In this document: positions 38,926 through 53,100 of the stretch, piece after piece
Numbering within the stretch: position 1 is the first letter of the stretch
Layout of the letters: each line of letters starts with the position of its first letter
Assembly (NCBI GenBank): GCA_002269645.1
Contig: NIVC01001678.1
Location: forward strand, 187,340-251,339
Source of the DNA: Macrostomum lignano
Taxonomy: Eukaryota
DNA length: 64,000 bases
Reading direction: 5' to 3'
The notes under the pieces: generated by a model
What the model saw: the letters and a program-made list of their open reading frames with translations, nothing else
Databases searched by the model: none
What the model was told of the DNA's origin: nothing
Made by a program: the position numbers and the translations under genes

Positions 38926-39260
38926 CTTCAAAGGAAATTGGAAAACGCACAGCGACGACACGACTCAAGGGAAAGTTGAGCAGGTCTTCTTGGCCAAAGC
39001 GCAGGAGGGGGGAGGACGACTCTGGGCACCCTTTTGGTCACTTCAAAGAGACGAAGGGAAAGATGCGAGAGAGGTGAGCAGTGCTCGGCAAACGTTCCCC
39101 CCGTAGATGAAGCCCCCCTATCGTCTAATCAAAGCGCCTCCCCTTTTCCCGAGACAGTCCGGACTTTGCCGGATCCTCTACAGCTCTGCTGCTTTTGCCT
39201 TTCTTGCCTGCTTCTGGTGATGCTGCTGCTGCTGCTGCTGCAGCCTCTGGACATCAAAGG
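38926..39260. promoter_or_regulatory. Cluster of three TCF/LEF consensus sites (candidate Wnt-responsive enhancer)
   Basis: CTTCAAAGG 38926, CTTCAAAGAG 39041, ACATCAAAGG 39251 (reverse complement of CTTTGAWS). Confidence 0.4.
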
Positions 39261-39564
39261 GCCGGATTAGAGACTTCATTAGCTTAATGCCGCCCCACCC
39301 CTTTTCCCGCCTCTGCGGGGGGTGGGTGGATGATGGCGCGCTTCTCTCAAGCGCGTCTGCTTCTTCTTGTTCTTGTTTTCCTTTCCTGTAACCATGGCTA
39401 AAGAGAGCTAAGTTCGCGAGCTCGCTCCTCGCCTCCTCTGACCCCCGCCCTATCTGCAGCAGCAGCAGGCTTCGAAATCTGAGAGGTGCTGTGAGCTGCA
39501 TTCGACTGCGCACCCGCTCATTTCTCAACAGTAGCTCCGATTCCACTTAATCAACTGCTCAACC

Positions 39565-39960
39565 AAGCTGCTTCCACTCTCTAAACTGCTTCCACTCTAC
39601 TAAACTGCTTCCACTCTACTAAACTGCTTCCAATCTACTAAAACGTTTCCACTCTACTAAACTGCTTCCAATCTACTAAACTGCTTTCACTCTACTAAAC
39701 TGCTTCCGATCTATTAAACTTCTTCCGATCTATTAAACTTCTTCCAATCTACTAAACTGCTTCCACTCTACTAAACTGCTTCCAATCTACTAAACTGCTT
39801 CCGATCTACTAAACTGCTTGGAGTCTACTAAACTGCTTCTACTCTACTAAACTGCTTCCACTCTACTAAACTGCTTCCAATCTACTAAACTGCTTCCGAT
39901 CTACTAAACTGCTTGGAGTCTACTAAACTGCTTCTACTCTACTAAACTGCTTCCACTCCC
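39565..39960. repeat. ~19-20-bp minisatellite TAAACTGCTTCCACTCTAC
   Basis: Direct. Confidence 0.9.
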
Positions 39961-40829
39961 TAAACAGACTGCCAAAACCCATGCAGTACCAAGACACCAG
40001 AATGAAAATAAGTGTTCATAAAAACCTCTGCCCAGTCAAAGCTCCATCGAGCGCGCAGCTGCACTCAGCATCCGGCGCCACCTGCGCTATTTTGTTGCGA
40101 GAGCACAAAGAGCGAGAGAGCGGGTCACAAAATTCCCACCTCGATCACGTGTTCTCATCTCCGAGGAAGGGAGACAGATAGAAGCTGCGGCATTTTCGTA
40201 CCCAGTTATCCTCACCAAGAAAAAAACCTCCGGCTCCATCTATTTTTCAAGGCCATTATTCCCCATTATCCAGATGAAGACGCGGCAGCTGGGACCTCCG
40301 AGCCGACGCTGTGCTTTTTTTCTGCTCCTAGGAGCTATAGGGTCCTCCTTTTCGGGAACAAGTTAACAAGGCCTCCTCACGCTTATTCAACAACAAGAAA
40401 TACTTTCGATACAAACTGGGGTTGCAGACCTGAACTGCCGTGTCCGATATTTAGGGGGCTTCGCCGCGAGGTTCGAGTAGGGGGGGGGACTACGAGATTT
40501 AATTACCTTTTTCCCCAAATATCGAGCTTTGCTCTTCTACAACAGAAGAAGAGTGTATAGCGGGTTCTGGTAATTACAGGCTTGCTTAGACCTGCGGGAG
40601 TCCCTACGACAGCTCTGTAGCCAGCCCCTGGGGATAAGGATTCTGTAGTCACTACAGCTTTATACAAGGATCACACAAGTTATCTTCAATGAGGTTTGGG
40701 ATGGTCTTAATTAAGTTGAGCAGTCGTTGAGAGGTGCGATTGCATAAATAGACAGGGTTCTCAGTCCGTTTTTTATTTATGATTTTTGGTGTCTTGTTGA
40801 TGGTTATATCGGTTGGTTAATGGTTATAT

Positions 40830-41570
40830 GATGTTGGTCATATCCTGTTCCTATTGGTCATATGATATTGGTCATATCCTGTTCCTATTGGTCATATGAT
40901 ATTGGTCATATCCTGTTCCTATTGGTCATATGATATTGGTCATATCCTGTTCCTATTGGTCATATGATATTGGTCATATCCTGTTCCTATTGGTCATATG
41001 ATATTGGTCATATCCTGTTCCTATTGCTCATATGATATTGGTCAAATCCTGTTCCTATTGGTCACATCCTGTTCCTATTGGTCATATGATATTGGTCATA
41101 TCCTGTTCCTATTGGTCACATCCTGTTCCTATTGGTCATATGATATTGGTCATATCCTGTTCCTATTGGTCATATGATGTTGGTCATATCCTGTTCCTAT
41201 TGGTCACATGATATTGGTCAAATCCTGTTCCCATTGGTCACATCCTGTTCCTATTGGTCATATAATATTGGTCATATCCTGTTCCTATTGGTCACATCCT
41301 GTTCCTATTGGTCATATGATATTGGTCATATCCTGTTCCTATTGGTCATATGATGTTGGTCATATCCTGTTCCTATTGGTCATATGATGTTGGTCATATC
41401 CTGTTCCTATTGGCCATATGATATTGGTCATATCCTGTTCCTATTGGTCATATGATGTTGGTCATATCCTGTTCCTATTGGTCATATGATATTGGTCATA
41501 TCCTGTTCCTATTGGTCATATGATGTTGGTCATATCCTGTTCCTATTGGTCATATGATGTTGGTCATGTT
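40830..41570. repeat. ~34-bp minisatellite TGGTCATATCCTGTTCCTAT-TGGTCATATGATAT
   Basis: Direct. Confidence 0.93.
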
Positions 41571-42079
41571 CTAATATTCAAATGATATTAGTCATAGCCT
41601 GCTTTTGTTGGTCATATAACGTTGGTCATGCAAGACCTCAAGTAATATTTTCGCTCAGAACTGCAAACAGACACAATTTCTGGCCTCAATATTTCCCAGA
41701 AGTTCGTGTATCGCACAGGGAATTCTTTGTAGCCAAAACAGTTTTGAATTTGCTACTAGATTCTTTCATAAACCATACCTACTAACAAATCAGTTCAGAG
41801 AGAGAGAAGTGAGACCGTGAAAAAACCGAGACTTCAGAGAGAAAAAATGGGATAATAGTGGAAGTTCTTAATCTCATCCGGTAACGGGATCTATCGGGAG
41901 GGTGACTTATTTGGATCTCCAAGCCCAGGAGGTTCTGATTGTAACAAATCAGAATTGTAGCGGAACTAATTTATGATTTAATATCATTTTTCGCTTTAAC
42001 AACAGCCGAATTTCTGTGAAAATGATTCATTTTTGGATTAGGAAAAGCGATCACCTGACATACTTCTCTATGGTGATAC

Positions 42080-42780
42080 TTCCTGACATTCTAGCCTTCT
42101 CTTCCTGACATTCCAGCCTTCTCTTCCTGACATTCTAGCTTTCTCTTCCTGACATTCCAGCCTTCTCTTCCTGACATTCTAGCTTTCTCTTCCTGACATT
42201 CCAGCCTTCTCTTCCTGACATTCTAGCTTTCTCTTCCTGACACTGCAGCCTTCTCTTCCTGACATTCTAGCCTTCTCTTCCTGACACTCCAACCTCTTCC
42301 TGACACTCCAACCTCTTCCTGACCTCCAGCTTTCTCTTCCTGACATTCCAGCCTTCTCTTCCTGACACTGCAGCCTTCTCTTCCTGACACTGCAGCCTTC
42401 TCTTCCTGACACTGCAGCCTTATCTTCCTGACATTCTAGCCTTCTCTTCCTGACATTCCAGCCTTCTCTTCCTGACACTGCAGCCTTCTCCTGACACTCT
42501 AGCCTTCTCTTCCTGACACTGCAGCCTTCTCTTCCTGACATTCTAGCCTTCTCTTCCTGACACTCCAACCTCTTCCTGACACTCCAACCTCTTCCTGACA
42601 CTCCAACCTTCTCTTCCCGATACTAAAACCTCTTCCTGACACTCCAGCTTTTTCTTCCTGACACTCCAGTCTCTTCCTAACACTCCAGTCTCTTCCTAAC
42701 ACTCCAGTCTCTTCTAACAGTCCAGCCTCTTCCTGACACTTCATCCCTTTCTCTGACATTCCAGCCTTCTCCCTGACACT
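42080..42780. repeat. ~22-bp minisatellite CTCTTCCTGACATTCCAGCCTT
   Basis: Direct. Confidence 0.9.
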
Positions 42781-43719
42781 ACAGACTTACCTAGGCACCA
42801 ATTATCCCAAGTTTTCTTCTGACAATCTTGACACCAAAATATCCAAAATCTGATGGCGTTGAACACGAAAAAGTAACTTTGGATAGAAATAAACAATGTC
42901 CCATCCCCTTTGATTACTGTTAAACAAAGCAATTTCCTTATAAAGTAAATAGTTAGACAATTATCTTAGCAGATCAGCTGAATAATTTAGTCTCTGGGTC
43001 CAGCTCGGTTTTACTCCACAACAACTCAAGGTAAAGCCTTACTCAGCATGCACCCTGGCATAGCCCTGTGCGTGACATTGGGGATAAACTGCAACTCTCG
43101 GGCGATAATTTAATTACAGGGTACAAATTACTTAGGAAAGAAACTGTCTATGGCCAGTGGCCTTCATATAGTCTATGGCCGCGCGCTCGCGGTCGCGTGG
43201 ACTGACCGATCATTTGTATAAATGTAGAGAGACAAATAACACTGACTGGTTGACTGTTGGCCAGCTGCTATAAAGGAAGCGACATCACATGGCGTGGGAC
43301 CTGCAACCTCAGCTTCCTCTACCTAATCGATTGGCACGCAAACATGTTCACTGAATCGTGTGATGGGATAAAGCCCCCCCCCCCTCACACACACCCTTTT
43401 ATATACCTCCGCATGCATTTGGCGGCAAAACAGATACTACATGCGTACACACAAAGGATAGAAAGGGAAAACCGTCTTCGCTCCGCTCTCTCGCTCCATC
43501 ATCTATAAGTCGGCGTTTCAACGTTTTCTCCCTCCCTTTTTCTTTTGCAGGTGGGGGTCTCGGGCGCCGCGGTTGCAGATTTGATGGGGCCAGCGGCCGA
43601 GCTGATTATTTTCGCTTGGCCGAGCCGAGGCCGCGGCGGGGCGGGCGGGGTGGATGGGAGAGAGAGACGAATTTTCAGTTCGTTTATGCACACTTCACAT
43701 CAGTCAACCACGAATCTCA

Positions 43720-44860
43720 GTGACATCTCAGTCAGTGACATTCCCAGTCAGTGACATTCCCTAGTCAGTGAAATTCCCCAGTCAGTGACATTCCCCAGTC
43801 AGTGACATTCCCCAGTCAGTGACATTCCCCTGTCAGTGACATTCCCCAGTCAGTGACATTCCCCAGTCAGTGACATTCCCCAGTCAGTGACATTCCCCAG
43901 TCAGTGACATTCCCCAGTCAGTGACATTCCCCAGTCAGTGACATTCCCCAGTCAGTGAAAGTCCCAGTCAGTGACATTCCCCAGTCAGTGACATCTCAGT
44001 TAGTGACATTCCCCAGTCAGTGACATTCCCCAGTCAGTGACATTCCCCTGTCAGTGAAAGTCCCAGTCAGTGACATTCCCCAGTCAGTGACCTTCACCAA
44101 TCAGTGACATTCCCCAGTCAGTGACATTCCCCAGTCAGTGACATTCCCCTCTGTCAGTGAAAGTCCCAGTGACATTCCCCAGTCAGTGACCTTCACCAAT
44201 CAGTGACATCCCAGTCAGTGACATTCCCCAGTCAGTGACATTCCCCAGTCAGTGACATTCCCCAGTCAGTGACATTCCCCAGTCAGTGACATACCCCAGT
44301 CAGTGACATTCCCCAGTCAGTGACATTCCCCAGTCAGTGACATTCCCCTGTCAGTGACATTCCCCAGTCAGTGACATTCCCCAGTCAGTGACATTCCCCA
44401 GTCAGTGACATTCCCCAGTCAGTGACATACCCCAGTCAGTGACATTCCCCAGTCAGTGACATTCCCCAGTCAGTGACATTCCCCTGTCAGTGAAAGTCCC
44501 AGTCAGTGACATTCCCCAGTCAGTGACCTTCACCAATCAGTGACATTCCCAGTCAGTGACATTCCCCAGTCAGTGAAATTCCCCAGTCAGTGACATTCCC
44601 CTGTCAGTGAAAGTCCCAGTCAGTGACATTCCCCAGTCAGTGACCTTCACCAATCAGTGACATTCCCCAGTCAGTGACCTTCACCAATCAGTGACATTCC
44701 CAGTCAGTGACATTCCCCAGTCAGTGAAATTCCCCAGTCAGTGACATTCCCCAGTCAGTGACAGTCCCAGTCAGCGACATTCCTAATCTGTGACATTCCC
44801 AGTCAGTGACATCCCAGTCAGTGACATTCCCAGTAAGTTACATCCCAATCAGTGGCATCC
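43720..44860. repeat. ~17-bp minisatellite CAGTGACATTCCCCAGT
   Basis: Direct. Confidence 0.94.
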
Positions 44861-45584
44861 CAGGTAGAATGCTCCTAGCCCTCCGAGAATTTTTCATTCA
44901 TACTCTGTGTAAACTAAAAACTACACAACTTAGGCCTATCGTGTATTAAAGACACCCCAGACTCCGGGGATTAATGCTCAAGTAGGGATGCTTTGGCAAC
45001 ACGCACAAACACGCGACACCACACAAACGCGTGGTAAGCCGAGACAACAATTACGCAAACAGCAAAAAATCCTTGATCTCCGCCTGTTCCTTCGAATCGA
45101 ATCGAATCCATTATCGACCGAGAGCTGCTCAGCCGAGCGGCTGCTCAAGCGGAGCACACGACAAGTGTGAAATCTTTGGATTATGGATTAACGCCTCTCC
45201 CCTGGACTGATTCGGACTGCAGGGATCAAAGACTGGATGAGGGGGGATTTTTGAGCTTGGAGCGAAGAGAGAGGAGAGCTCGGAGCGGGGAAGGTAAATC
45301 GATACCACGTGATGCTCATGGGGCGGTGAAATTCCGCATGCAAAGGCCCTGAATGAGTAAAATTGGCCCAATGCATGCAAGCGGATGCTGCGTGAGCCCA
45401 ATCGACTTTATCTGGATTATAGCGGCTAAAATCTGTGTGGGTTGGTCAGCCAGGGATGGCAAGCAAGAAACAACAGGTGACAAAGATGTTTAAAAACGAA
45501 CGAGTTTGGTTCCTTGATGGAAATGTTTTTAGCTCGCCTGAAAACCAGAATTTCCTCGACTTGAAGCTTTAAAATTCCTTCCCC

Positions 45585-46660
45585 CAGAACCCTGAAGTTT
45601 CTCCCTCTGCAACCCTGAAGTTTCTTCCTCTGCAACCCTGAAGTTTCTCCCTCTGCAACCCTGAAGTTTCTCCCTCTGCAACCCTAAAGTTTCTTCCTCT
45701 GCAACCCTGAAGTTTCTCCCTCTGCAACCCTGAAGTTTCTCCCTCTGCAACCCTGAATTTCTTCCTCTGCAACCCTGAAGTTTCTTCCTCTGCAACCCTG
45801 AAGTTTCTTCCTCTGCAACCCTGAAGTTTCTCCCTCTGCAACCCTGAAGTTTCTCCCTCTGCAACCCTGAAGTTTCTCCCTCTGCAACCCTGAATTTCTT
45901 CCTCTGCAACCCTGAAGTTTCTTCCTCTGCAACCCTGAAGTTTCTTCCTCTGCAACCCTGAAGTTTCTCCCTCTGCAACCCTGAAGTTTCTTCCTCTGAA
46001 AGCCTGAAGTTCTCCCCTCGAAGCCTGAAGTTCTCCCCTCAAAGCCTGAAGTTCTCCCTTCGAAGCCTGAAGTTCTCCCCTCGAAGCCTGAAGTTCTCCC
46101 TTCGAAGCCTGAAGTTCTCCCCTCGAAGCCTGAAGTTCTCCCTCGAAGCCTGAAGTTCTTCCCTCGAAGCCTGAAGTTCTCTCCTCGAAGCCTGAAGTTC
46201 TCCCCTCGAAGCCTGAAGTTCTCCCTTCGAAGCCTGAAGTTCTCCCCTCGAAGCCTGAAGTTCTCCCCTCGAAGCCTGAAGTTCTCCCCTCGAAGCCTGA
46301 AGTTCTCCCTTCGAAGCCTGAAGTTCTCCCCTCGAAGCCTGAAGTTCTCCCTCGAAGCCTGAAGTTCTCCCCTCGAAGCCTGAAGTTCTCCCTTCGAAGC
46401 CTGAAGTTCTCCCCTCGAAGCCTGAAGTTCTCCCTTCGAAGCCTGAAGTTCTACCCTCGAAGCCTGAAGTTCTCCCCTCGAAGCCTGAAGTTCTCTCCCC
46501 TGAAAGCCTGAAGTTCTCTCCCCTGAAAGCCTGAAGTTCTCCCCTCGAAGCCTGAAGTTCTCCCCTCGAAGCCTGAAGTTCTCCCCTCGAAGCCTGAAGT
46601 TCTCTCCTCGAAGCCTGAAGTTCTCCTTTCGAAGCCTGAAGTTCTCCCCTCAAAGCCTCC
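45585..46660. repeat. Two related abutting arrays: 23-bp CTGCAACCCTGAAGTTTCTCCCT then 21-bp CGAAGCCTGAAGTTCTCCCCT
   Basis: Direct; switch at ~46000. Confidence 0.93.
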
Positions 46661-47169
46661 CTGAAACCCAGAATTTCCTGACCTCAGAAAGGTCTCTTTC
46701 CAGGAATCATTGCCAGCTAGAGATCTGATCCCCTTTGCGATGCAGTTGGATCGTTGAGTCAAAGCCTGCACGTGCACCGATGTAACTCTATATTGCTTTG
46801 GTTTGAAAACAAAGCTGCGCATTAATAGAAACTTTTTTGAAGCATTGAGACTTAAAACACACTGCCTTGAACTACAGTTGGCAAACATTTTGTGTTTTTA
46901 TTGATCATTTGTGCCAATTATTCACCCAATTGGTTTGCCAATGGATTGTCAATTAGTTAAATAATTTGACATTGATTTCTTAATTAGATTAAAAGCAAAT
47001 TATTGACGAGAATTAAAGCAGATTCTATTACAAAAAACAATTAGTTTCAAAATCAAAACACAGGTTTTCTTTAACATAAGCTCCTGCATGTTCACTAAAA
47101 CGGCCACTCTGAATTGACAATTGTCTAATTAGAAGAAGCAATGGTGCTCAATGTAGTTAATTGGGTTTC

Positions 47170-48200
47170 ATGAGATTCTGGGTGGGGTTTCAGGAGATTC
47201 TTTGGGGTTTCAGGAGATTCTGTGGGGTTTCAGGAGATTCTGTGGAGTTTCAGGAGATTCTGTGGGGTTTCCGGAGATTCTGTGGGGTTTCAGGAGATTC
47301 TGTTGGGTTTCAGGAGATTTTGTGGGGTTTCAGGAGGTTCTGTGGGGTTTCAGGAGATTCTGTTTGGTTTCAGGAGATTCTGTGGGGATTCTGTGGGGTT
47401 TCCGGAGATTCTGTGGGGTTTCAGGAGATTCTTCAAGGTCTCAGGAGATTCTGTGGGGTTTCAGGAGATTCTGTGGGGTTTCAGGAGATTTTGTGGGGTT
47501 TCAGGAGATTCTGTGGGGCTTCAGGAGATTCTGTGGGGTTTCAGGAGATTCTGTGGGGATTCTGTGGGGTTTCCGGAGATTCTGTGGGGTTTCAGGAGAT
47601 TCTTCAAGGTCTCAGGAGATTCTGTGGGGTTTCAGGAGATTCTGTGGGGTTTCAGGAGATTCTGTGGGGTTTCAGGAGATTCTGTGGGGTTTCAGGAGAT
47701 TCTGTGGGGTTTCAGGAGATTCTGAATGGAGTTTCAGGAGATTCTGAATGGGGTTTCAGGAGATTCTGAATGGGGTTTCAGGAGATTCTGGATGGGGTTT
47801 CAGGAGATTCTGTGGGGTTTCAGGAGATTCTGTGGGGTTTCAGGAGATTCTGTGGGGTTTCAGGAGATTCTGTGGGTTTCAGGAGATTCTGAATGGAGTT
47901 TCAGGAGATTCTGAATGGAGTTTCAGGAGATTCTGGATGGGGTTTCAGGAGATTCTGAATGGGGTTTCAGGAGATTCTGTGGGGTTTCAGGAGATTCTGA
48001 ATGGAGTTTCAGGAGATTCTGAATGGAGTTTCAGGAGATTCTGAATGGAGTTTCAGGAGATTCTGGATGGGGTTTCAGGAGATTCTGAATGGGGTTTCAG
48101 GAGATTCTGGATGGGGTTTCAGGAGATTCTGAATGGGGTTTCAGGAGATTTTTTGGAGTTTCAAGAGATTTTGTGGGGTTTCAGGAGATTCTGGGTGGGG
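47170..48200. repeat. 20-22-bp minisatellite GGGGTTTCAGGAGATTCTGT
   Basis: Direct. Confidence 0.94.
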
Positions 48201-48934
48201 TTTCAGAACGGGAGTTTTTTCGGAAAAGAACTGTTACAAAAGGCTTGATTTGCCTGCATTTATACAAGCAAATCAGAATTTGCCCTATCAAAGTCAAACG
48301 CACAAACAAAGGCATCGATTTTAAAAGAATTTAGACAAGCAAAAGTTGCAAAATCCTATCCGGCCATTAGCGAAGAATTTCTAATACCCTTTACTTGATT
48401 CAATGCAAAGGACAACTATACTCAGAACTATAGATCAACTATATAACGGGGCTAATTTTGTCTCGGTTTATAATCGATGTTTATAGTTGAAGTCGATCTA
48501 TTGCTCCATCACTATTTATAGGCATTGGAAGCTAAGAAGTTGACATCAGTGAGAGAAGAGAGGGCCGCCGTATGCAGAGGTTTATAAATCGATTTTTGGC
48601 ATCTAATACTCAATAGCAGAGCTATATAGTAGAAGACTTAGAGACATGCGACTTGTCCATGGTACATACGAGCATAGTAACTCCATCCGGCCGCTCCGCT
48701 CTGCCTGAGCTGAGTGCAGCGCTGCATGGGTGCTCAAGCAGGGAGCAAGTGGGAAATCCACTTGAAGCTCCCCTTTTAAGCTTTGTAGCTTTTTTCTACT
48801 ACTAAAGAAATTCCCTTTTATCCCCTGTCAATCAGAGGAGGTCAAAGGAAAAAAAGGCGAGGGGCTGCACGGTCGAATTTTACGGTCAATGGCTGATTGG
48901 CTTGAAAATATAACTGATTGAGCTGTGGTCTGCT

Positions 48935-49362
<428 letters not shown>

Positions 49363-49699
49363 GTTTATTGCATGCATCAGAGATTTTGTTTGGCTACACG
49401 ACAGCAAAAACTGAGCGAGCCAAGGATTTAGAGGATTAATTTACCGTTAATCTACTTTTTCTCTATCTGAGCCCGCAACCTGTATGAGGGCAGCAACGTT
49501 TGGGCGCGGTCTCCCCTCTCCTCCTCGCCCGCAGATCTAACGTGGAAATCTAATCTGCACGAAATGCCAAAGCATCTTCTTCTTGCGTTGCAACCCCCCC
49601 CCCCTAAATCGCCCTCCCTCAATCCCGGCCTTGCATTTCCATTCGACGTGCTCAAAAAAAGCTCAATGATTCCCAATTTCTAAGAAAGCGACCGGGCCG

Positions 49700-50174
49700 C
49701 CGGGGCGGCAGCCAATGAGGAGCGGCGGCTGCGAGCTGCCGGTCGCGCCCCAATTGGGAATTCGGGGATCGGGGCGCGCCACAATTTGCCCAGCTCCCCT
49801 CGGCCCCAACCCCTCGCCTCGCAGTGTGAGCTGATGGGGAGGGGGGCAAAGGGGGGCATGGGGTGGCTGGCCCGCTTTGATGTAAAAGATAATTTTCCCT
49901 CTGTGCGTCTGTCTCTGCCTCTTTCTCCTTTTCTCCTTTTCTCTGACTTTTATCTTTTGAGAAGAGAGAGAGCAGGGCACGCTGAGACAAAGGTTCGATA
50001 TTCTGCTCCCCTTTGTAACCAAAGCTAAAAAGAAGGCGGAAGGTGCGGTTTGTGTGAGACCAGCCCCTCCCGTGTGTGTGTGTGTGCCAGATCAAACGGG
50101 CGTAATCAAATTTCACAAAAGACGGAAAGACCCCTGTGGAAAGTTACCAAAAGGAAATAAAAAGCGTTTAAAGG
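49700..50174 (+). promoter_or_regulatory. Putative TCF promoter/5' UTR: GC-rich, CCAAT box, GC box and a TCF site
   Basis: GCCAATGAG ~49712, GGGGCGG ~49702, GCTTTGATGT at 49874-49883, directly upstream of ATG 50175. Confidence 0.5.
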
Positions 50175-53100
50175 ATGGCAGAGTATGAAAGTCAGCTGCA
50201 GTATCAGGACCCGAACGGTGAGTGCCTCTCTTCAGGGCCTCAGAGCCCTGCTCTGTGAATTCTTATCGGCAGAAATAGAATATACAAGGCAGGCAGGTAT
50301 ATAAGCTGCCTGAATGTCTGCTTCAAATCGTTTGAGAATTTGAGTTTGAGATCTCAGTGAAATCTGTAGATATAGATTACCCATTCTTCAAGATCCCATG
50401 TGCATTGTGAAGGTCAACGCGTTGGTAAGTTAAGTCATTAACCAAATTTCACAGGCGCACCTGTTTCTTAGGTGGTCGCCCCTGTCTCTTAGGTGACCGA
50501 CCCTGTCTCTTCGGTGGGCGCCCCTGTCTCTTTGGTGGGCGCCCCTGTCTCTTAGGTGGGCGCCCCTGTCTCTTAGGTGACCGACCCTGTCTCTTAGGTG
50601 GTCGCCCCTGTCTCTTAGGTGACCGACCCTGTCTCTTAGGTGGGCGCCCTTGTTTCTTAGGTGGTCGCCCCTGTCTCTTTGGTCGGCGCCCCTGTCTCTT
50701 AGGAGGGCGCCCCTGTCTCTTAGGTGGGCGCCCCTGTTTCTTAGGTGGTCGCCCCTGTCTCTTAGGTGGTCGCCCCTGTCTCTTAGGTGACCGACCCTGT
50801 CTCTTAGGTGGGCGCCCTTGTTTCTTAGGTGGTCGCCCCTGTCTCTTTGGTGGGCGCCCCCTGTCTCTTTGGTGGGCGCCCCTGTCTCTTAGGTGGGCGC
50901 CCCTGTCTCTTAGGTGACCGACCCTGTCTCTTAGGTGGTCGCCCCTGTCTCTTAGGTGACCGACCCTGTCTCTTAGGTGGGCGCCCTTGTTTCTTAGGTG
51001 GTCGCCCCTGCCTCTTTGGTGGGCGCACCTGTCTCTTAGGAGGGCGCCCCTGCCTCTTTGGTGACCGACCCTGTCTCTTCGGTGGGCGCCCCCTGTCTCT
51101 TTGGTGGGCGCCCCTGTCTCTTAGGTGGGCGCCCCTGTCTCTTAGGTGGGCGCCCCTGTCTCTTAGGTGACCGACCCTGTCTCTTCGGTGGGCGCCCCCT
51201 GTCTCTTTGGTGGGCGCCCCTGTCTCTTAGGTGGGCGCCCCTGTCTCTTAGGTGACCGACCCTGTCTCTTAGGTGGTCGCCCCTGTCTCTTAGGTGACCG
51301 ACCCTGTCTCTTAGGTGGGCGCCCTTGTTTCTTAGGTGGTCGCCCCTGTCTCTTTGGTCGGCGCCCCTGTCTCTTAGGAGGGCGCCCCTGTCTCTTAGGT
51401 GGGCGCCCCTGTTTCTTAGGTGGTCGCCCCTGTCTCTTTGGTGGGCGCCCCTGTCTCTTAGATGGGCGCCCCTGTTTCTTAGGTGGTCGCCCCTGTCTCT
51501 TTGGTGGGCGCCCCCTGTCTCTTTGGTGGGCGCCCCTGTCTCTTAGGTGGGCGCCCCTGTCTCTTAGGTGACCGACCCTGTCTCTTAGGTGGTCGCCCCT
51601 GTCTCTTAGGTGGGCGCCCCTGTCTCTTAGGTGACCGACCCTGTCTCTTAGGTGGTCGCCCCTGTCTCTTAGGTGACCGACCCTGTCTCTTAGGTGGGCG
51701 CCCTTGTTTCTTAGGTGGTCGCCCCTGTCTCTTTGGTCGGCGCCCCTGTCTCTTAGGAGGGCGCCCCTGTCTCTTAGGTGGGCGCCCCTGTTTCTTAGGT
51801 GGTCGCCCCTGTCTCTTAGGTGGTCGCCCCTGTCTCTTAGGTGACCGACCCTGTCTCTTAGGTGGGCGCCCTTGTTTCTTAGGTGGTCGCCCCTGTCTCT
51901 TTGGTGGGCGCCCCTGTCTCTTAGGTGGGCGCCCCTGTCTCTTAGGTGGGCGCCCCTGTCTCTTAGGTGACCGACCCTGTCTCTTAGGTGGTCGCCCCTG
52001 TCTCTTAGGTGACCGACCCTGTCTCTTAGGTGGGCGCCCTTGTTTCTTAGGTGGTCGCCCCTGCCTCTTTGGTGGGCGCACCTGTCTCTTAGGAGGGCGC
52101 CCCTGCCTCTTTGGTGACCGACCCTGTCTCTTCGGTGGGCGCCCCCTGTCTCTTTGGTGGGCGCCCCTGTCTCTTAGGTGGGCGCCCCTGTCTCTTAGGT
52201 GGGCGCCCCTGTCTCTTAGGTGACCGACCCTGTCTCTTCGGTGGGCGCCCCCTGTCTCTTTGGTGGGCGCCCCTGTCTCTTAGGTGGGCGCCCCTGTCTC
52301 TTAGGTGACCGACCCTGTCTCTTAGGTGGTCGCCCCTGTCTCTTAGGTGACCGACCCTGTCTCTTAGGTGGGCGCCCTTGTTTCTTAGGTGGTCGCCCCT
52401 GTCTCTTTGGTCGGCGCCCCTGTCTCTTAGGAGGGCGCCCCTGTCTCTTAGGTGGGCGCCCCTGTTTCTTAGGTGGTCGCCCCTGTCTCTTTGGTGGGCG
52501 CCCCTGTCTCTTAGATGGGCGCCCCTGTTTCTTAGGTGGTCGCCCCTGTCTCTTTGGTGGGCGCCCCCTGTCTCTTTGGTGGGCGCCCCTGTCTCTTAGG
52601 TGGGCGCCCCTGTCTCTTAGGTGACCGACCCTGTCTCTTAGGTGGTCGCCCCTGTCTCTTAGGTGACCGACCCTGTCTCTTAGGTGGGTGCCCTTGTTTC
52701 TTAGGTGGTCGCCCCTGCCTCTTTGGTGGGCGCCCCTGCCTCTTTGGGGGGGTGAATCCCTCTAAAAACGAATCTCATAACTGACGAATCTCATAACTGA
52801 CGAATCTCATCAGAGACGAATCTCATCAGAGACGAATCTCATCAGAGACGAATCTCATCAGAGACGAATCTCATCAGAGACGAATCTCATCAGAGACGAA
52901 TCTCATCAGAGACGAATCTCATCAGAGACGAATCTCATCAGAGACGAATCTCATCAGAGACGAATCTCATCAGAGACGAATCTCATCAGAGACGAATCTC
53001 ATCAGAGACGAATCTCATCAGAGACGAATCTCATCAGAGACGAATCTCATCAGAGACGAATCTCATCAGAGACGAATCTCATCAGAGACGAATCTCATCA

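Noticed and set aside
39034-39073. RDEGKD peptide as a TCF beta-catenin-binding exon
   Set aside because: Only the DEG tripeptide matches; no upstream D-E-L-x-x-F, and the phase-0 donor does not fit the phase-1 acceptor at 55268.
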